A stretch of 63,970 nucleotides of DNA, counting the filler, from an uncultured bacterium (lineage in GTDB: Bacteria > CAZSTA01), in the NCBI GenBank assembly GCA_964609495.1. It is 4 parts of 4 records of this genome, joined end to end, with 100 filler letters (N's around TTAATTAATTAA, not from the genome) between each part and the next. Parts side by side here need not be neighbours in the genome. Positions count along the whole stretch, not along the records: positions 32,656 to 48,636 come from CAZSTA010000073.1; positions 48,737 to 63,970 come from CAZSTA010000077.1; 2 more parts are not named here. One strand, 5' to 3'. The notes under the pieces were generated by a model. That model had not been told where the DNA came from and did no database searches. It was given only the letters and a program-made list of their open reading frames with translations. The translations under genes were made by a program, and so were the position numbers. Of this stretch, positions 48,002 to 59,238 are shown piece by piece (within the stretch, counting starts at the first letter, position 1; each line of letters opens with the position of its first letter).

Positions 48002-48096
48002 CTGAAGATTCCTCCCTTATTTTATTATAATTAATTTATAAACTTTCTTCCCTAAGGATAAGAAATGCTCTTAGATAACGGAGCTATTCTCATTAA

Positions 48097-48125
48097 AGTA
48101 TACAATATAGATAACTCTTTGTCAA
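48097..48125 (-). promoter_or_regulatory. sigma70-type promoter of the che operon
   Basis: Minus strand TTGACA-17bp-TATACT. Confidence 0.75.
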
Positions 48126-48198
48126 CTATTTTTCTCCCGATCCCTCCTCACATTTACATAAGGAGCAAGAGGTTTATTATCGTAGGATGTCATATCGC

Positions 48199-48227
48199 TT
48201 GACAAATTTTACCAGTTAAGCTATTAT
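48199..48227 (+). promoter_or_regulatory. Divergent sigma70-type promoter
   Basis: TTGACA-17bp-TATTAT. Confidence 0.6.
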
Positions 48228-48230
48228 TTA

Positions 48231-48460
48231 AGTAGTTTCAAAGAGGTTTCCCTGAGATGTTCGAGATCAGATTGGGTCTTGAACTTCCCTTAAATCATCC
48301 TCCTCCAACCCCTTCCATCAAGGGAGGGGGAAATAAAGAGAGCAGTCTTATCTCAATGTTCCCTCTCCCCTGGTGGGAGAGGGATAGGGTGAGGGGGAAG
48401 TTATATCCTGAACTCGCTATCGAAAAACTAGGAATAACCGATTACTTACTTGAAACTACT
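48231..48460 (+). mobile_element. Complete family B MITE (~230 bp) with terminal inverted repeats
   Basis: ATTTAAGTAGTTTCAA...TTGAAACTACTTAAAT perfect 16-bp IR (TTAA or TA target duplication); two internal BoxC-like hairpins. Confidence 0.85.
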
Positions 48461-48463
48461 TAA

Positions 48464-48636
<173 letters not shown>

Positions 48637-48736
48637 NNNNNNNNNNNNNNNNNNNNNNNNNNNNNNNNNNNNNNNNNNNNTTAATTAATTAANNNNNNNN
48701 NNNNNNNNNNNNNNNNNNNNNNNNNNNNNNNNNNNN
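48637..48736. other. Artificial contig linker
   Basis: 44 N + TTAATTAATTAA + 44 N. Confidence 0.97.
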
Positions 48737-48746
48737 ATCTTGTTAA

Positions 48747-48860
48747 TTATCACCCTCCCCCTAACCCCCTCCCATCGAGGGAGGGGGAACTAAAGAGATC
48801 AGCTCTATCTCGATGTCCCCTCTCCCCTTGTGGGAGAGGGCCAGGGTGAGGGGGAATTAT
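48747..48860 (+). repeat. BoxC-like hairpin pair (family B core) at the contig start
   Basis: TCACCCTCCCCCTAACCCCCTCCCATCGAGGGAGGGGGAA...CCCTCTCCCCTTGTGGGAGAGGG. Confidence 0.85.
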
Positions 48861-48929
48861 AATTCGATCTGAAATCATTTTGATCCCCGATTCTATATGC
48901 ATCCTGAATATCAATAGGAGGAGAAAAGA

Positions 48930-49865
48930 GTGGCTTGTCTGCTGGGGATATTAGCCAGTGGTAGGAGAAATGGATATACCTCTTCGCTGTTGAGGGAGGC
49001 TTTGAAGGGAGCAAAGAACGTAGAAGGGGTTGAGATAGAGTTCCTCCATCTGCGAGATTACAAGTTCGGACCATGTATCAGTTGTTTCAAGTGCATCCGT
49101 GATCCTGAGCATTTTTGCACTCTCGATGATGATTTCGGAAGACGGGGAAAAGGGGAGCTGTTTCGGAAGATAGAGAGAGCTAATGGGATATTCTTAGCGG
49201 ACGCGGTCCACATTTGGGGACCAACCGCCTGCGCTCATCTCTTCATCGAGCGCTGTTATCCTTTCCTCTGGAGCGGGATATTGGAGGGAATGCCCTTTGC
49301 CTCTCTATCCTGTGCTACCAATCAAGGAATGCAAATTCTGGCTAATAGAGAGATATGTAAATGGGCTTTTAGCTTCGGCTTGCGTTATATCGGAGGTCTG
49401 CCAGTTCACACCTCATATCTCGATAGAGCCTTGATAGAGGCTAACCATCTGGGCGAAAAATTGGCTGAGGCGGCAAAAGTTGACGCTCAGGGAAGAGAAA
49501 AGTTTGCCGATGATAAAGAACGATGGTTTTATTATATGGACAAACCCTGGAATGCATTTATCCCCTACTTAGAAAATCTTACCGCGGGAACTTTCAAATC
49601 GGATAGCTCTCTGATCGAGACCGCGTTGAGGCATAACACCTTTAAGAGAAAGGAAGCGATAGAACTTCTAAAGAGAGCCCAAGTCGAGTTTGAAGTGGCT
49701 ATGCGCTATTACAATTTAAACGATTATAAGCTTGCTAGCGAGCATCTAGTTAAAGCCAGTGCCTTATGGACTCATTCTACTTGGAAGGAGTTCTTGGAGT
49801 TAGAGGTGGTAAAAACCGAACCTCCAGAAGCATATAGACCTCTGCCCCAAGATGAAGATAATTGA
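48930..49865 (+). CDS. Flavodoxin-like iron-sulfur flavoprotein (NADPH-dependent FMN reductase family) with a C-terminal extension
   Basis: SGRRNGYT and PCISCFKC...CTLDDD. Confidence 0.8.
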   Translation: MACLLGILASGRRNGYTSSLLREALKGAKNVEGVEIEFLHLRDYKFGPCISCFKCIRDPEHFCTLDDDFGRRGKGELFRKIERANGIFLADAVHIWGPTACAHLFIERCYPFLWSGILEGMPFASLSCATNQGMQILANREICKWAFSFGLRYIGGLPVHTSYLDRALIEANHLGEKLAEAAKVDAQGREKFADDKERWFYYMDKPWNAFIPYLENLTAGTFKSDSSLIETALRHNTFKRKEAIELLKRAQVEFEVAMRYYNLNDYKLASEHLVKASALWTHSTWKEFLELEVVKTEPPEAYRPLPQDEDN

Positions 49866-49891
49866 TTCAGGAATTGGAAAAGGAGATTTGT

Positions 49892-50437
49892 ATGCCTAAG
49901 AAAGTCAAGCTTTTGGGAGATAATGATATAGGAAGTTGGCCAGTATTTATTCCTACTTCTACGATTTTAGTAAGTTGTATAGGAAGGAATGGAAAGCCTA
50001 ATATAATCCCGATCGCTGGGTGGGGAGTGCTTAATCGCTATCCTTTCACCGTGGGAATCGCGATATGTCAAGCGAAGTACCCAGGGAATTATGCTAAGAG
50101 ACATTCCCACGATCTCGTTCAAGAATCGGGGGAATACGTTGTCAATATACCCCATTCTGGTATGAAGAAGGTTATAGGTATATGTGGTAGCACTTCGGGC
50201 GAGGATACGGATAAATTTGAAGCGGCTGGAGTAACCCCTGCCAAGCCTTCGGTGATCAATACTCCCTTAATAGAGGAATGCCCAGTTAATCTGGAGTGCA
50301 AGGTAACACATATTATAAACTTAGGAAGTCACGATCTATTCATCGGGGAAGTGGTAGCAGTTCACACCGATAGTGATATTGCAAATGGAGATAGTAAATT
50401 GCTGTGGGAATCTCTGCCAGTGCTTCAGAGACGGTAA
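49892..50437 (+). CDS. Flavin reductase family protein
   Basis: GEYVVNIP, CGSTSG.D.DKF, PLIEECPVNLECK and GSHDLFIGEV. Confidence 0.9.
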   Translation: MPKKVKLLGDNDIGSWPVFIPTSTILVSCIGRNGKPNIIPIAGWGVLNRYPFTVGIAICQAKYPGNYAKRHSHDLVQESGEYVVNIPHSGMKKVIGICGSTSGEDTDKFEAAGVTPAKPSVINTPLIEECPVNLECKVTHIINLGSHDLFIGEVVAVHTDSDIANGDSKLLWESLPVLQRR

Positions 50438-50510
50438 GAGTCGATATGTTCGCTTTTGGACAGATAATAGGGGAATGTTAGTAAAATAGATTTATCGAGC
50501 AACTTAGCTC

Positions 50511-50539
50511 TTGACAACTATCCTCCTATCACTTATAAT
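50511..50539 (+). promoter_or_regulatory. Perfect-consensus sigma70 promoter
   Basis: TTGACA-17bp-TATAAT. Confidence 0.85.
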
Positions 50540-50565
50540 TAGAGTAATCAGGGAGAAAAAAAGTT

Positions 50566-52218
50566 ATGAAAATTAGGGTAAGGGTTATAAAATTAGCGAT
50601 ATTCACAGTTTTGCTTGCCATATTCCTAAGCGGATGTGAAGGAGGAGATGGAGACACCATCCAGGGGAAGGGAATTATCCAGGGAGTAGTAAGAGATGCA
50701 ACAACGCAGAATCCGATTGAGAATGCAGGAGTATCAGTTCAAGGGACGAACTTGAAGACTAATACTAATGCTCAAGGACAATATATTATACAGGATGTTC
50801 CAGAGGGTAAACGGACTATTATAGCAACAGCCACGGGATATACCTCTCAAAGTAAATCGGTCAATGTTACTGCCAATACCACGACAACTGTAGATTTTTC
50901 CCTGACTCCTTCATCGGCGGGGGGAGATACCTATTATGTATCAACTACTGGAGATGATTCGAATCCGGGGACAGAATCACAGCCCTGGCGAACCATTCAG
51001 CATGCGGCTGAAACAATAGTAGCTGGCGATACGGTCTATGTCAAGGCGGGGACTTATCAGGAAAGGGTAACTCCCCAGAATTCGGGGAGTGCTGGTAATT
51101 ATATTATATATGCCGTATATCCTGGGGATACGGTGGCGATTGACGGGAATGGGGTATCAGTTCCAGAGTGGGGAGGATTATTTGATGTGTCTGGCAAGAG
51201 CTATATCAAAATCTCCACCTTTAGAGTAATAAATTCCACCGGTGCAGGAATCCTCGCAGATACTTCGAGTCATATCATCATTGAGAAGAATTATACCTAC
51301 AATACTACCTCTTCTGGCATTGGGATATGGGATAGCGATAACATAGTTATTGATGACAATGAGGTTGAGCTTGCCTGTAACGACGGCGAACAAGAATGTA
51401 TTACCGTGGCTGGCACAGATACATTCGAAGTTAAGAATAATAATGTTCACCATGGAGGTCCCGGGACTCTTGGAGGGGAAGGAATAGATGTAAAGGACGG
51501 GTCTTCAAATGGAACAGTCCATAATAATTATGTGCATCATTTACAAAGGTTGGGCATTTATGTAGATGCCTGGGATAAACACACTTATAATATCGAGGTT
51601 TTCAAAAATATTGTTCATGACTGTGCGGCTGATGGTTTTACTGTGGCTTCTGAGGCCGGCGGTCTTCTTGAAAATATCAGAGTTTATAACAATATCGCTT
51701 ACAATAATAAATACGTAGGTATCACGATAGCTGGATATGGCGAGCCTGGCGTAGAGAAACATCCAATGAAAGATATTAAAGTGATAAACAACACTTTTTA
51801 TAACAATGGAAGTGGTGATTGGGGAGGAGGAATATCCGTTGAGAATCCAGATGTGGAAAATCTTATAATAAGAAACAATATTTGTAGCCAGAATCTGCTA
51901 TTCCAGATACAGGTAGAGATTTCTGGACAAAATCTTACTGTAGATCACAATTTAATTGACGGTTATAGGGGATATCCTGATGAGATTTATGGCGATGACT
52001 ATGTAGAGGGGAATCCTAAGTTCGTAAATCCTACTGCAGCGGATTTTCATCTACAGAAAGATTCACCTGCTATAGACAAAGGTTCTTCTATTGAAGCTCC
52101 AGATGATGATTTCGATGGTAATTCTCGACCTCAAGGTGCTGAATACGACATAGGTGCTTTTGAATATGGATCTTCTTCGGCTTCTAAGGAAAAAGGAGGG
52201 GAAGGTTATGAAAATTAG
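50566..52218 (+). CDS. Lipoprotein with carboxypeptidase-regulatory-like domain, DUF1565-type motif and right-handed beta-helix
   Basis: Lipobox LSGC; YVSTTGDDSNPGT..PWRTIQHAA; Asn-rich beta-helix; DFHLQ..SPAIDKG...DIGAFE. Confidence 0.82.
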   Translation: MKIRVRVIKLAIFTVLLAIFLSGCEGGDGDTIQGKGIIQGVVRDATTQNPIENAGVSVQGTNLKTNTNAQGQYIIQDVPEGKRTIIATATGYTSQSKSVNVTANTTTTVDFSLTPSSAGGDTYYVSTTGDDSNPGTESQPWRTIQHAAETIVAGDTVYVKAGTYQERVTPQNSGSAGNYIIYAVYPGDTVAIDGNGVSVPEWGGLFDVSGKSYIKISTFRVINSTGAGILADTSSHIIIEKNYTYNTTSSGIGIWDSDNIVIDDNEVELACNDGEQECITVAGTDTFEVKNNNVHHGGPGTLGGEGIDVKDGSSNGTVHNNYVHHLQRLGIYVDAWDKHTYNIEVFKNIVHDCAADGFTVASEAGGLLENIRVYNNIAYNNKYVGITIAGYGEPGVEKHPMKDIKVINNTFYNNGSGDWGGGISVENPDVENLIIRNNICSQNLLFQIQVEISGQNLTVDHNLIDGYRGYPDEIYGDDYVEGNPKFVNPTAADFHLQKDSPAIDKGSSIEAPDDDFDGNSRPQGAEYDIGAFEYGSSSASKEKGGEGYEN

Positions 52219-53839
52219 GGTAAGGGTTATACTAGTATTCACGGTTTTGCTGGCAATGTTCCTAAGCGGGTGTGAAAAGGGAAAAGCTGGAGATACTGTC
52301 CCAGGAAAGGGAACTATCCAGGGGGTTATAAAGGATGCAACAACGCAGAATCCAATTGAGAATGCAGAGGTATCAGTTCAAGGGACAAACCTGAAGACTA
52401 CTACTAATGCTCAAGGACAATACACCATACAGGATGTTCCAGAAGGCACCCGAACTGTGATAGCGACAGCCACGGGATATACCTCTCAAAGTAAATCGGT
52501 CAACGTTACTGCCAACACCACGACAACTGTAGATTTTTCCCTGACTCCTTCATCGGCGGGGGGAGATACCTATTATGTATCAACTACTGGAGATGATTCG
52601 AATCCGGGGACAGAATCACAGCCCTGGCGAACCATTCAGCATGCGGCTGAAACAATGACTGCTGGCGACACAGTTTTGATCAGAGGCGGTGTATATAATG
52701 AGCGAGTATTCACTACGCTCAGCGGAAACACTACCGATGGTTATATAACATTCTCCGCCTACCCAAACGAAACACCTGTAATTGATGGGACTGGTGTAAC
52801 TACTGGAGATAATGGTTTTGTTATATCTCATTCCTATATTAAACTCATCGGTCTTGAAATTCGTAACTGGGATGAAAACGGAATATGGATAGAGAATGCG
52901 GGACATATGGAGATCTCCGATTGTGAAGTCCATCACGTCTTTTATGGTATTGGGGCTGCAGATGGAACCCATGATTTTGAACTCAACCGAGTGGAGATGC
53001 ACCACTTCGACCTATATGGATTCGATGCTTCTCCCTCTGGTGGCGCTGATTGTTACAACGGAACCTTCAATGACTGCATCTCCCATACAGGACGAGATCC
53101 TGAGCAGAATGTAGATGGCTTTGCCCTTGGTCATGGAACCCAGCATGATTTTGTATTTAATCGCTGTGAGACCTATGAGGTCTATGATGGATTTGATATA
53201 AGCGCGCGTAACACTACCCTTAATCGCTGTTCTGCCCATGACTGCTGGAACGGTGGATATAAACTTTGGCAAGATAAGGTAACTCTCGTTAATTGTCTAG
53301 GCTATCACAGTGAAGGCAGTAATGTGGAGTTGGACTGGGACGGAAATCCAGGCACCACCACGCTTCAGAATTGCACCTTTGTGGATGCTCAGGTTTTCAA
53401 TATCTGGGTGGAGAATTCCGCTGATCGCCTGCATATGTATAACTGCATCCTTGCTGGTGGTGATAACATCGGTCTGGCATTTGAACAGATGGGGGTAAAT
53501 AACTATCAGGGCGATTACAATATCTTTCATAATGATAATTCTAATCGGGCAATTGCCGTCGGCTATACTGACGAATTTTCCCTGAATCAGATTAAGGCGG
53601 GAAATTGGACAAGCTATAGTGGTCAAGACCAACATTCCCTAGTTTCTTCCAATCCAAATAGCGAACTCTTCAAAGATATGAGCAATTGGGATTTCCATCT
53701 CATAGAGGGAAGTATCGCTATTGATAAAGGAACCTCAGTGAATGCTCCCTCAGTTGATTATGATGGTAATCCTCGACCCCAAGGTGCTGGATATGACATA
53801 GGTGCTTATGAATATGGATCTTCTTCAGCTTCTGAATAA
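52208..53839 (+). CDS. Paralogous beta-helix lipoprotein
   Basis: Same N- and C-terminal modules as the previous gene with a different core; SD GGAGG before ATG 52208. Confidence 0.82.
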   Translation: MKIRVRVILVFTVLLAMFLSGCEKGKAGDTVPGKGTIQGVIKDATTQNPIENAEVSVQGTNLKTTTNAQGQYTIQDVPEGTRTVIATATGYTSQSKSVNVTANTTTTVDFSLTPSSAGGDTYYVSTTGDDSNPGTESQPWRTIQHAAETMTAGDTVLIRGGVYNERVFTTLSGNTTDGYITFSAYPNETPVIDGTGVTTGDNGFVISHSYIKLIGLEIRNWDENGIWIENAGHMEISDCEVHHVFYGIGAADGTHDFELNRVEMHHFDLYGFDASPSGGADCYNGTFNDCISHTGRDPEQNVDGFALGHGTQHDFVFNRCETYEVYDGFDISARNTTLNRCSAHDCWNGGYKLWQDKVTLVNCLGYHSEGSNVELDWDGNPGTTTLQNCTFVDAQVFNIWVENSADRLHMYNCILAGGDNIGLAFEQMGVNNYQGDYNIFHNDNSNRAIAVGYTDEFSLNQIKAGNWTSYSGQDQHSLVSSNPNSELFKDMSNWDFHLIEGSIAIDKGTSVNAPSVDYDGNPRPQGAGYDIGAYEYGSSSASE

Positions 53840-53948
53840 AGGTAGCTCTTTATCTCCAGGGGAGTAGTCCCACAATTGATGCTGGAACATTATTTTATTT
53901 GAAAAGAGGAGGACAGAGTTGATTAAGCGGAATATTCGGCATAGGATA

Positions 53949-54555
<607 letters not shown>

Positions 54556-54578
54556 TATCGATCGAAAGCGGAGGTTTC

Positions 54579-55526
54579 TTGAGTATGCAGCTAAAAAGTA
54601 AGGACCTTTTGGGGCTTCGTGATATAGGAGAGGATGAGATATATCTCATCTTGGATACCGCGGAATCTTTCAAAGAGGTATTAACCCGTCCTATAAAAAA
54701 GTTGCCGACTCTACGAGGTAAGACTTGCCTCACGTTATTCTACGAGCCAAGCACTAGGACCAGATCTTCCTTCGAGTTGGCCGCTAAGTATCTAGGGGCG
54801 GATACGCTCTCTGTTTCCGCCTCCACTAGTAGCGTAGTTAAGGGAGAATCGCTTTATGATACCGCTAAGACGGTGGAGGCTATGGGGGTCGATATAATAG
54901 TTATTAGACATTCAGCGGCTGGTGCTCCTGAGATGCTCTCGAAAATCGTTCGATCTTCGGTGGTCAACGCTGGAGATGGGGCTCACGAGCATCCCACTCA
55001 AGCACTCTTAGATCTATTCACGATTAGGGAGAAGAAAGGTAGAATAGAAGGACTTAAAGTTGCAATTATAGGGGATATCTTGCACAGCCGCGTAGCCAGA
55101 TCCAATATCTATGGCTTAACTAAATTGGGAGCCCAGGTGGTATTAGCTGGACCTGCTACCCTTCTTCCCCCTCAAGTAGAACGACTAGGGGCAGAGGTGA
55201 CAACTGATATGAAGGAAGCGATCACTGATGCTGATGTGGTATATATGCTGAGGATTCAGAGAGAGAGGCAGAAGAAGGGATTGTTCCCCTCTATAAGGGA
55301 ATATACAATGCTCTATAGGTTAGATAAGGAGAAGCTAAAGTTAGCTAAAGAGGATGCCCTAGTTATGCATCCTGGTCCTATAAATAGGGGGATTGAGATC
55401 TCAGCGGAGGTCGCCGATGGATCTCACTCGGTTATAACTGAGCAGGTTCATAATGGAGTAGCTATAAGAATGTCAATATTATATTTGGTAGGTGGCGGTG
55501 CTTCTGATGTGGAAAAGGGAGGATAG
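54579..55526 (+). CDS. pyrB: Aspartate carbamoyltransferase catalytic subunit
   Basis: [21 protein letters not shown] and HPGPINRG. Confidence 0.97.
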   Translation: MSMQLKSKDLLGLRDIGEDEIYLILDTAESFKEVLTRPIKKLPTLRGKTCLTLFYEPSTRTRSSFELAAKYLGADTLSVSASTSSVVKGESLYDTAKTVEAMGVDIIVIRHSAAGAPEMLSKIVRSSVVNAGDGAHEHPTQALLDLFTIREKKGRIEGLKVAIIGDILHSRVARSNIYGLTKLGAQVVLAGPATLLPPQVERLGAEVTTDMKEAITDADVVYMLRIQRERQKKGLFPSIREYTMLYRLDKEKLKLAKEDALVMHPGPINRGIEISAEVADGSHSVITEQVHNGVAIRMSILYLVGGGASDVEKGG

Positions 55527-55569
55527 AAAATGGAGAGGAAGGAATCCTTTTCTAGTAGGGGAGGATTAT

Positions 55570-56880
55570 ATGAAATTATTATTAAAGGGCGGTCGAGTTA
55601 TAGATCCTGCTACTGCTCTTGATGAAGTGATGGATATATTGATCGAAGATAGCAAGATAGTAGCTATGGGTAGCTATATCTCCGCCTCCGAGGCTTGCCT
55701 TGTGGATGTCAGAGGCAAGATAGTCGCCCCTGGCTTGATAGATATGCATACCCATTTAAGAGAGCCTGGTTATGAGGATAAAGAGGATATCGCTTCAGGG
55801 ACAAAGAGCGCCGCTAAAGGGGGATTTACCAGTGTAGCGTGTATGCCAAATACCGAGCCGCCCCTGGACGATCAAGCTAAGCTTCAATTTGTTCTGGATA
55901 AGGCGAGGCGCGAGGGGGTTGTCAATGTCTTCCCGATAGGATGTATCACTAAGGGGCGTAAAGGAGAGGAGTTGACGGAGATAGCTGAGTTGAAGAGAAG
56001 CGGAGCAGTAGCGATCTCTGATGATGGACAGTCCGTTCCCAGATCCGATCTACTTCGTCGAGCTTTAGAATATGCAGGGATGTTCAACCTACCAGTTATC
56101 GAGCATTGCGAGGATAAAGATCTCGCCCAAGATGGGGTTATGAACGAGGGATATATGTCCACTGTTTTGGGGCTGAGAGGTATCCCCGAGGCGGCGGAGG
56201 AGATCATAGTAGCTCGGGATATCATCTTAGCAGAGATGAGTGGAAGTCACATCCACATCGCTCATGCTAGCACCGCGCGAACAGTGGAACTCATCCGGGA
56301 AGCTAAGCAGAGAGGAGTAAAGGTCACCGCAGAGGCCACCCCCCATCACTTGATCTTGACCGAGGAGGCGGTATCTGATTATAACACTAATACTAAGGTT
56401 AACCCTCCGCTTCGAACTGAGGATGATGTAGAGGCTCTTCGCGTTGGTTTAGTGGATGGAACGATAGATGCTATCGCTACCGATCACGCTCCTCATACTA
56501 TTGAGGATAAACAGGTAGAATATGATTATGCCCCCTTCGGGATATCGGGATTGGAGACGGCAGTTCCTCTCCTTATAACTCATCTAGTTCAACCAGGGAT
56601 TATCTCTTTAAGTGATCTCATATCCAAGATGACTATAGAGCCAGCTAGGATATTAAGACTCGACAAAGGAAGGTTGGAAGTGGGAGGAGAGGCTGATATA
56701 ACCGTCATTGACCTCGATAGAGAGGATATCGTCGAGGTAGCCGAATTCGAGTCGAGGGGGAAGAACTCCCCCTTTCAGGGATGGAAGCTAAGGGGATATC
56801 CCTCTCTGACGATAGTTGGAGGAAGGATAGTCTTTAGCGCCCTAGAAAAAGTTATTTCGGAAATTAGCGATGATAGTTGA
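55570..56880 (+). CDS. pyrC: Dihydroorotase
   Basis: DMHTHLREPG, KVNPPLR and ATDHAPH. Confidence 0.96.
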   Translation: MKLLLKGGRVIDPATALDEVMDILIEDSKIVAMGSYISASEACLVDVRGKIVAPGLIDMHTHLREPGYEDKEDIASGTKSAAKGGFTSVACMPNTEPPLDDQAKLQFVLDKARREGVVNVFPIGCITKGRKGEELTEIAELKRSGAVAISDDGQSVPRSDLLRRALEYAGMFNLPVIEHCEDKDLAQDGVMNEGYMSTVLGLRGIPEAAEEIIVARDIILAEMSGSHIHIAHASTARTVELIREAKQRGVKVTAEATPHHLILTEEAVSDYNTNTKVNPPLRTEDDVEALRVGLVDGTIDAIATDHAPHTIEDKQVEYDYAPFGISGLETAVPLLITHLVQPGIISLSDLISKMTIEPARILRLDKGRLEVGGEADITVIDLDREDIVEVAEFESRGKNSPFQGWKLRGYPSLTIVGGRIVFSALEKVISEISDDS

Positions 56881-57763
56881 TATAATCGATAATATAAAGG
56901 TGGCGGATGCTCACTTCAGGATGATCTTGAATGCGGACTCTCTAGCTAGGGAGGTTCAACCCGGTCAATTCGTTCACCTAAGATGCAGGGATAAGTTCTA
57001 TTACGATCCCCTTCTGAGAAGACCGTTTAGTATCCATCGCTTTAATCGTGATAGAGGGGAAGTTCAAATACTCTACAAGGTTATCGGTAAAGGGACTTCT
57101 TGGCTAGCGGAGAGGGGAAATGGGCATAAATAAGATTTACTCGGTCCTTTGGGGCAAGGTTTCAATATCCACTCTAATTCGGATAATGCTATATTGGTAG
57201 CTGGAGGGATAGGAGTAGCTCCTCTCCTAGCCCTGGCTGACCTTATCCGGGGAGAATATCCTCATATAAATTTGGTTGTGCTTCTAGGAGCTAGGAAGAG
57301 AGAGGAGCTACTTTGTGAGAGGGATTTTAGGGATACAGGAGCAGAAGTAATACCCGTTACGGATGATGGAAGTTGGGGGAGGAAGGCATTAGTTACCGAA
57401 ATTTTAGAAGATATATTAAGGGAGAGGGGGGAAAGGAAGCCAGATAAAAAGAGGAGTGTAATCTATTCCTGCGGTCCAAAAGAGATGCTTAGAGAGGTCT
57501 CTCGCTTGAGTATGGAGTATGGACTCCCCTGCCAGATATCATTGGAGGAGATGATGGCTTGTGGAGTAGGAGCTTGTTTAGGCTGTGTCGTAGCCGTTCA
57601 ATCGAGTGTAAAGGAAACTTTTGCTTCCAATAAAACTCAAGGTAAAAAAGTTTCCTTTAAAGGTGAATCTCCGAAGTATAAGAGAGTTTGTGTAGAAGGC
57701 CCTGTTTTCTCCGCTGAAGAGGTGATCCTGTCAACAACCCCTACCACGAGGGTAGGGGCTTGA
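56870..57763 (+). pseudogene. pyrK: Dihydroorotate dehydrogenase electron transfer subunit with an in-frame TAA at 57131-57133
   Basis: PGQFV, LRRPFSI, GHK*DLLGPLGQGF, GGIGVAP and CGVGACLGC...VCVEGPVF; both ORF pieces share one frame. Confidence 0.85.
57609..57659 (+). repeat. Family A repeat, in-frame in the pyrK 2Fe-2S loop
   Basis: TAAAGGAAACTTTTGCTTCCAATAAAACTCAAGGTAAAAAAGTTTCCTTTA, encoding [16 protein letters not shown]. Confidence 0.92.
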
Positions 57764-57976
57764 GAGATCAAGCCCTGGTTGACTAGGAGGCACTGGTATA
57801 GTGCAGAAGTTAGCGAAGAGAAATACATACACACCTGGGGATACTCCTCTCGTTCCCAGCTCTGTGGCTTGTCATTAAACAGTTCTGAGGGTAGGAACAG
57901 TGTGACAGGCTTAAAAACCTTGGCTAACAACTCCGAAGAGGCTCTAACCCACCGTTAGGTGGAGTAAGGAGGCTTT
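57730..57976 (+). ncRNA. omegaRNA (HEARO-type) scaffold
   Basis: Starts GTCAAC...GTTGAC enclosing hairpins; further stems GTCA..AC-GTTC..GAAC-GTGTGAC; directly 5' of iscB. Confidence 0.85.
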
Positions 57977-59176
57977 ATGTTAGCCTTCGTTATTAACAGA
58001 GATAGGAAACCTTTGATGCCTTGCCATTCTGCTAAAGCAAGGATACTGCTTAAAGAAGGTAAGGCGAAGGTAGTCAGAAGAAAGCCGTTCACTATTCAGT
58101 TGTTATATGGTAGTTCTGGTTACAAGCAACCGATCACTCTGGGAGTAGATGCAGGTTATAGCAGTATTGGTCTATCTGCTATCACTGAGAAGGAGGAAGT
58201 TTTCCGAGCCGAGGTAAGATTAAGAGACGACATTGTAAAGCTCAATTCGGAAAGGAGGATATATCGTAGAGCAAGAAGAGGGCGTAAGAGATGGCATCGT
58301 AAAGCACGCTTCCTTAATCGCAAGAAACCGGAGGGTTGGTTAGCTCCTTCTATTCGGCATAAGTTAGACTCACATATTAGGATAATTGAGAAGGTTAAAG
58401 AGCTATTACCTATTACTAAAATAATCGTAGAGGTAGCTTCCTTTGATATTCAGAAGATCAAGAATCCTGATATTTCAGGGAGAGAATATCAGAATGGGGA
58501 ACAGAAAGGGTTTGGGAATGTTAGAGAATATGTCCTCTATCGAGATAATCATACTTGTCGACACTGTAAAGGCCGATCTAAGGATCCGGTCTTAGAAGTT
58601 CATCATATCGAGACGAGACAGATCGGTGGGAACAGGCCAGATGATTTAATTACACTCTGCTCTACTTGTCATCGGAAGGTATCTCAGGGGAAACTTAAGC
58701 TTAAGGTTCAGCCATCTAAAGGATTTAGAGCAGAAACTTTTATGACTATGATTAGGTGGAGATTAGTTAATGAGCTAAGAAAAAGAGGTAACGAGGTTTC
58801 TCATACCTATGGGTATATTACAAAGCAGAGACGGATAGAATTAGGACTGGAGAAATCCCATATTAACGATGCTTTTGCGATAGCCGGAGGTAAGGGGCAG
58901 AGTAGATTATCCAATTATTATTTAATTCAGCAAGTTAGGAAGCAGAATCGCAGGTTGTTTAAGGGTAAAAGAAGTCATATTAGAAATACTGCTCCCAGAT
59001 TTATAGAGGGTTTTCAAAGATATGATAAGGTGTTATATCGAAGAGAGGAGTGTTTCATATATGGCAGGCGTAGTGCTGGTTATTTTAATTTGAGGAAGTT
59101 AGATGGTGATGTTATTCACCAGTCGGCAAAGGTTAAAGAGTTGAAGTTATTAGAAACATTTAAGACTTTATTATGA
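57977..59176 (+). CDS. iscB: RNA-guided endonuclease IscB
   Basis: PLMP domain, RuvC-I LGVDAG, bridge helix [11 protein letters not shown], Ruv[14 protein letters not shown] (CRHC...HHI...LCSTCH), Ruv[12 protein letters not shown]. Confidence 0.95.
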   Translation: MLAFVINRDRKPLMPCHSAKARILLKEGKAKVVRRKPFTIQLLYGSSGYKQPITLGVDAGYSSIGLSAITEKEEVFRAEVRLRDDIVKLNSERRIYRRARRGRKRWHRKARFLNRKKPEGWLAPSIRHKLDSHIRIIEKVKELLPITKIIVEVASFDIQKIKNPDISGREYQNGEQKGFGNVREYVLYRDNHTCRHCKGRSKDPVLEVHHIETRQIGGNRPDDLITLCSTCHRKVSQGKLKLKVQPSKGFRAETFMTMIRWRLVNELRKRGNEVSHTYGYITKQRRIELGLEKSHINDAFAIAGGKGQSRLSNYYLIQQVRKQNRRLFKGKRSHIRNTAPRFIEGFQRYDKVLYRREECFIYGRRSAGYFNLRKLDGDVIHQSAKVKELKLLETFKTLL

Positions 59177-59238
59177 GAGGAGGAGGTGTCGGCTTCTTCC
59201 CCTACCACGAGGGTAGGGGTTTCCGCCGACTAGTTTCT

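Larger units (their letters stand above)
57730..59238 (+). mobile_element. Non-autonomous IS200/IS605-superfamily IscB (OMEGA) element
   Basis: Identical hairpin CCCCTACCACGAGGGTAGGGG near both ends; removing it restores pyrK GTG ATC CTA TGA overlapping the pyrD ATG; no tnpA. Confidence 0.9.

Noticed and set aside
57131-57133. Stop-codon reassignment or programmed readthrough
   Set aside because: Single case; TAA, TAG and TGA all terminate other genes normally in this window.
57977-59176. Cas9 or plain HNH endonuclease
   Set aside because: The PLMP domain, 399-aa size, upstream omegaRNA and IS-type ends identify IscB.
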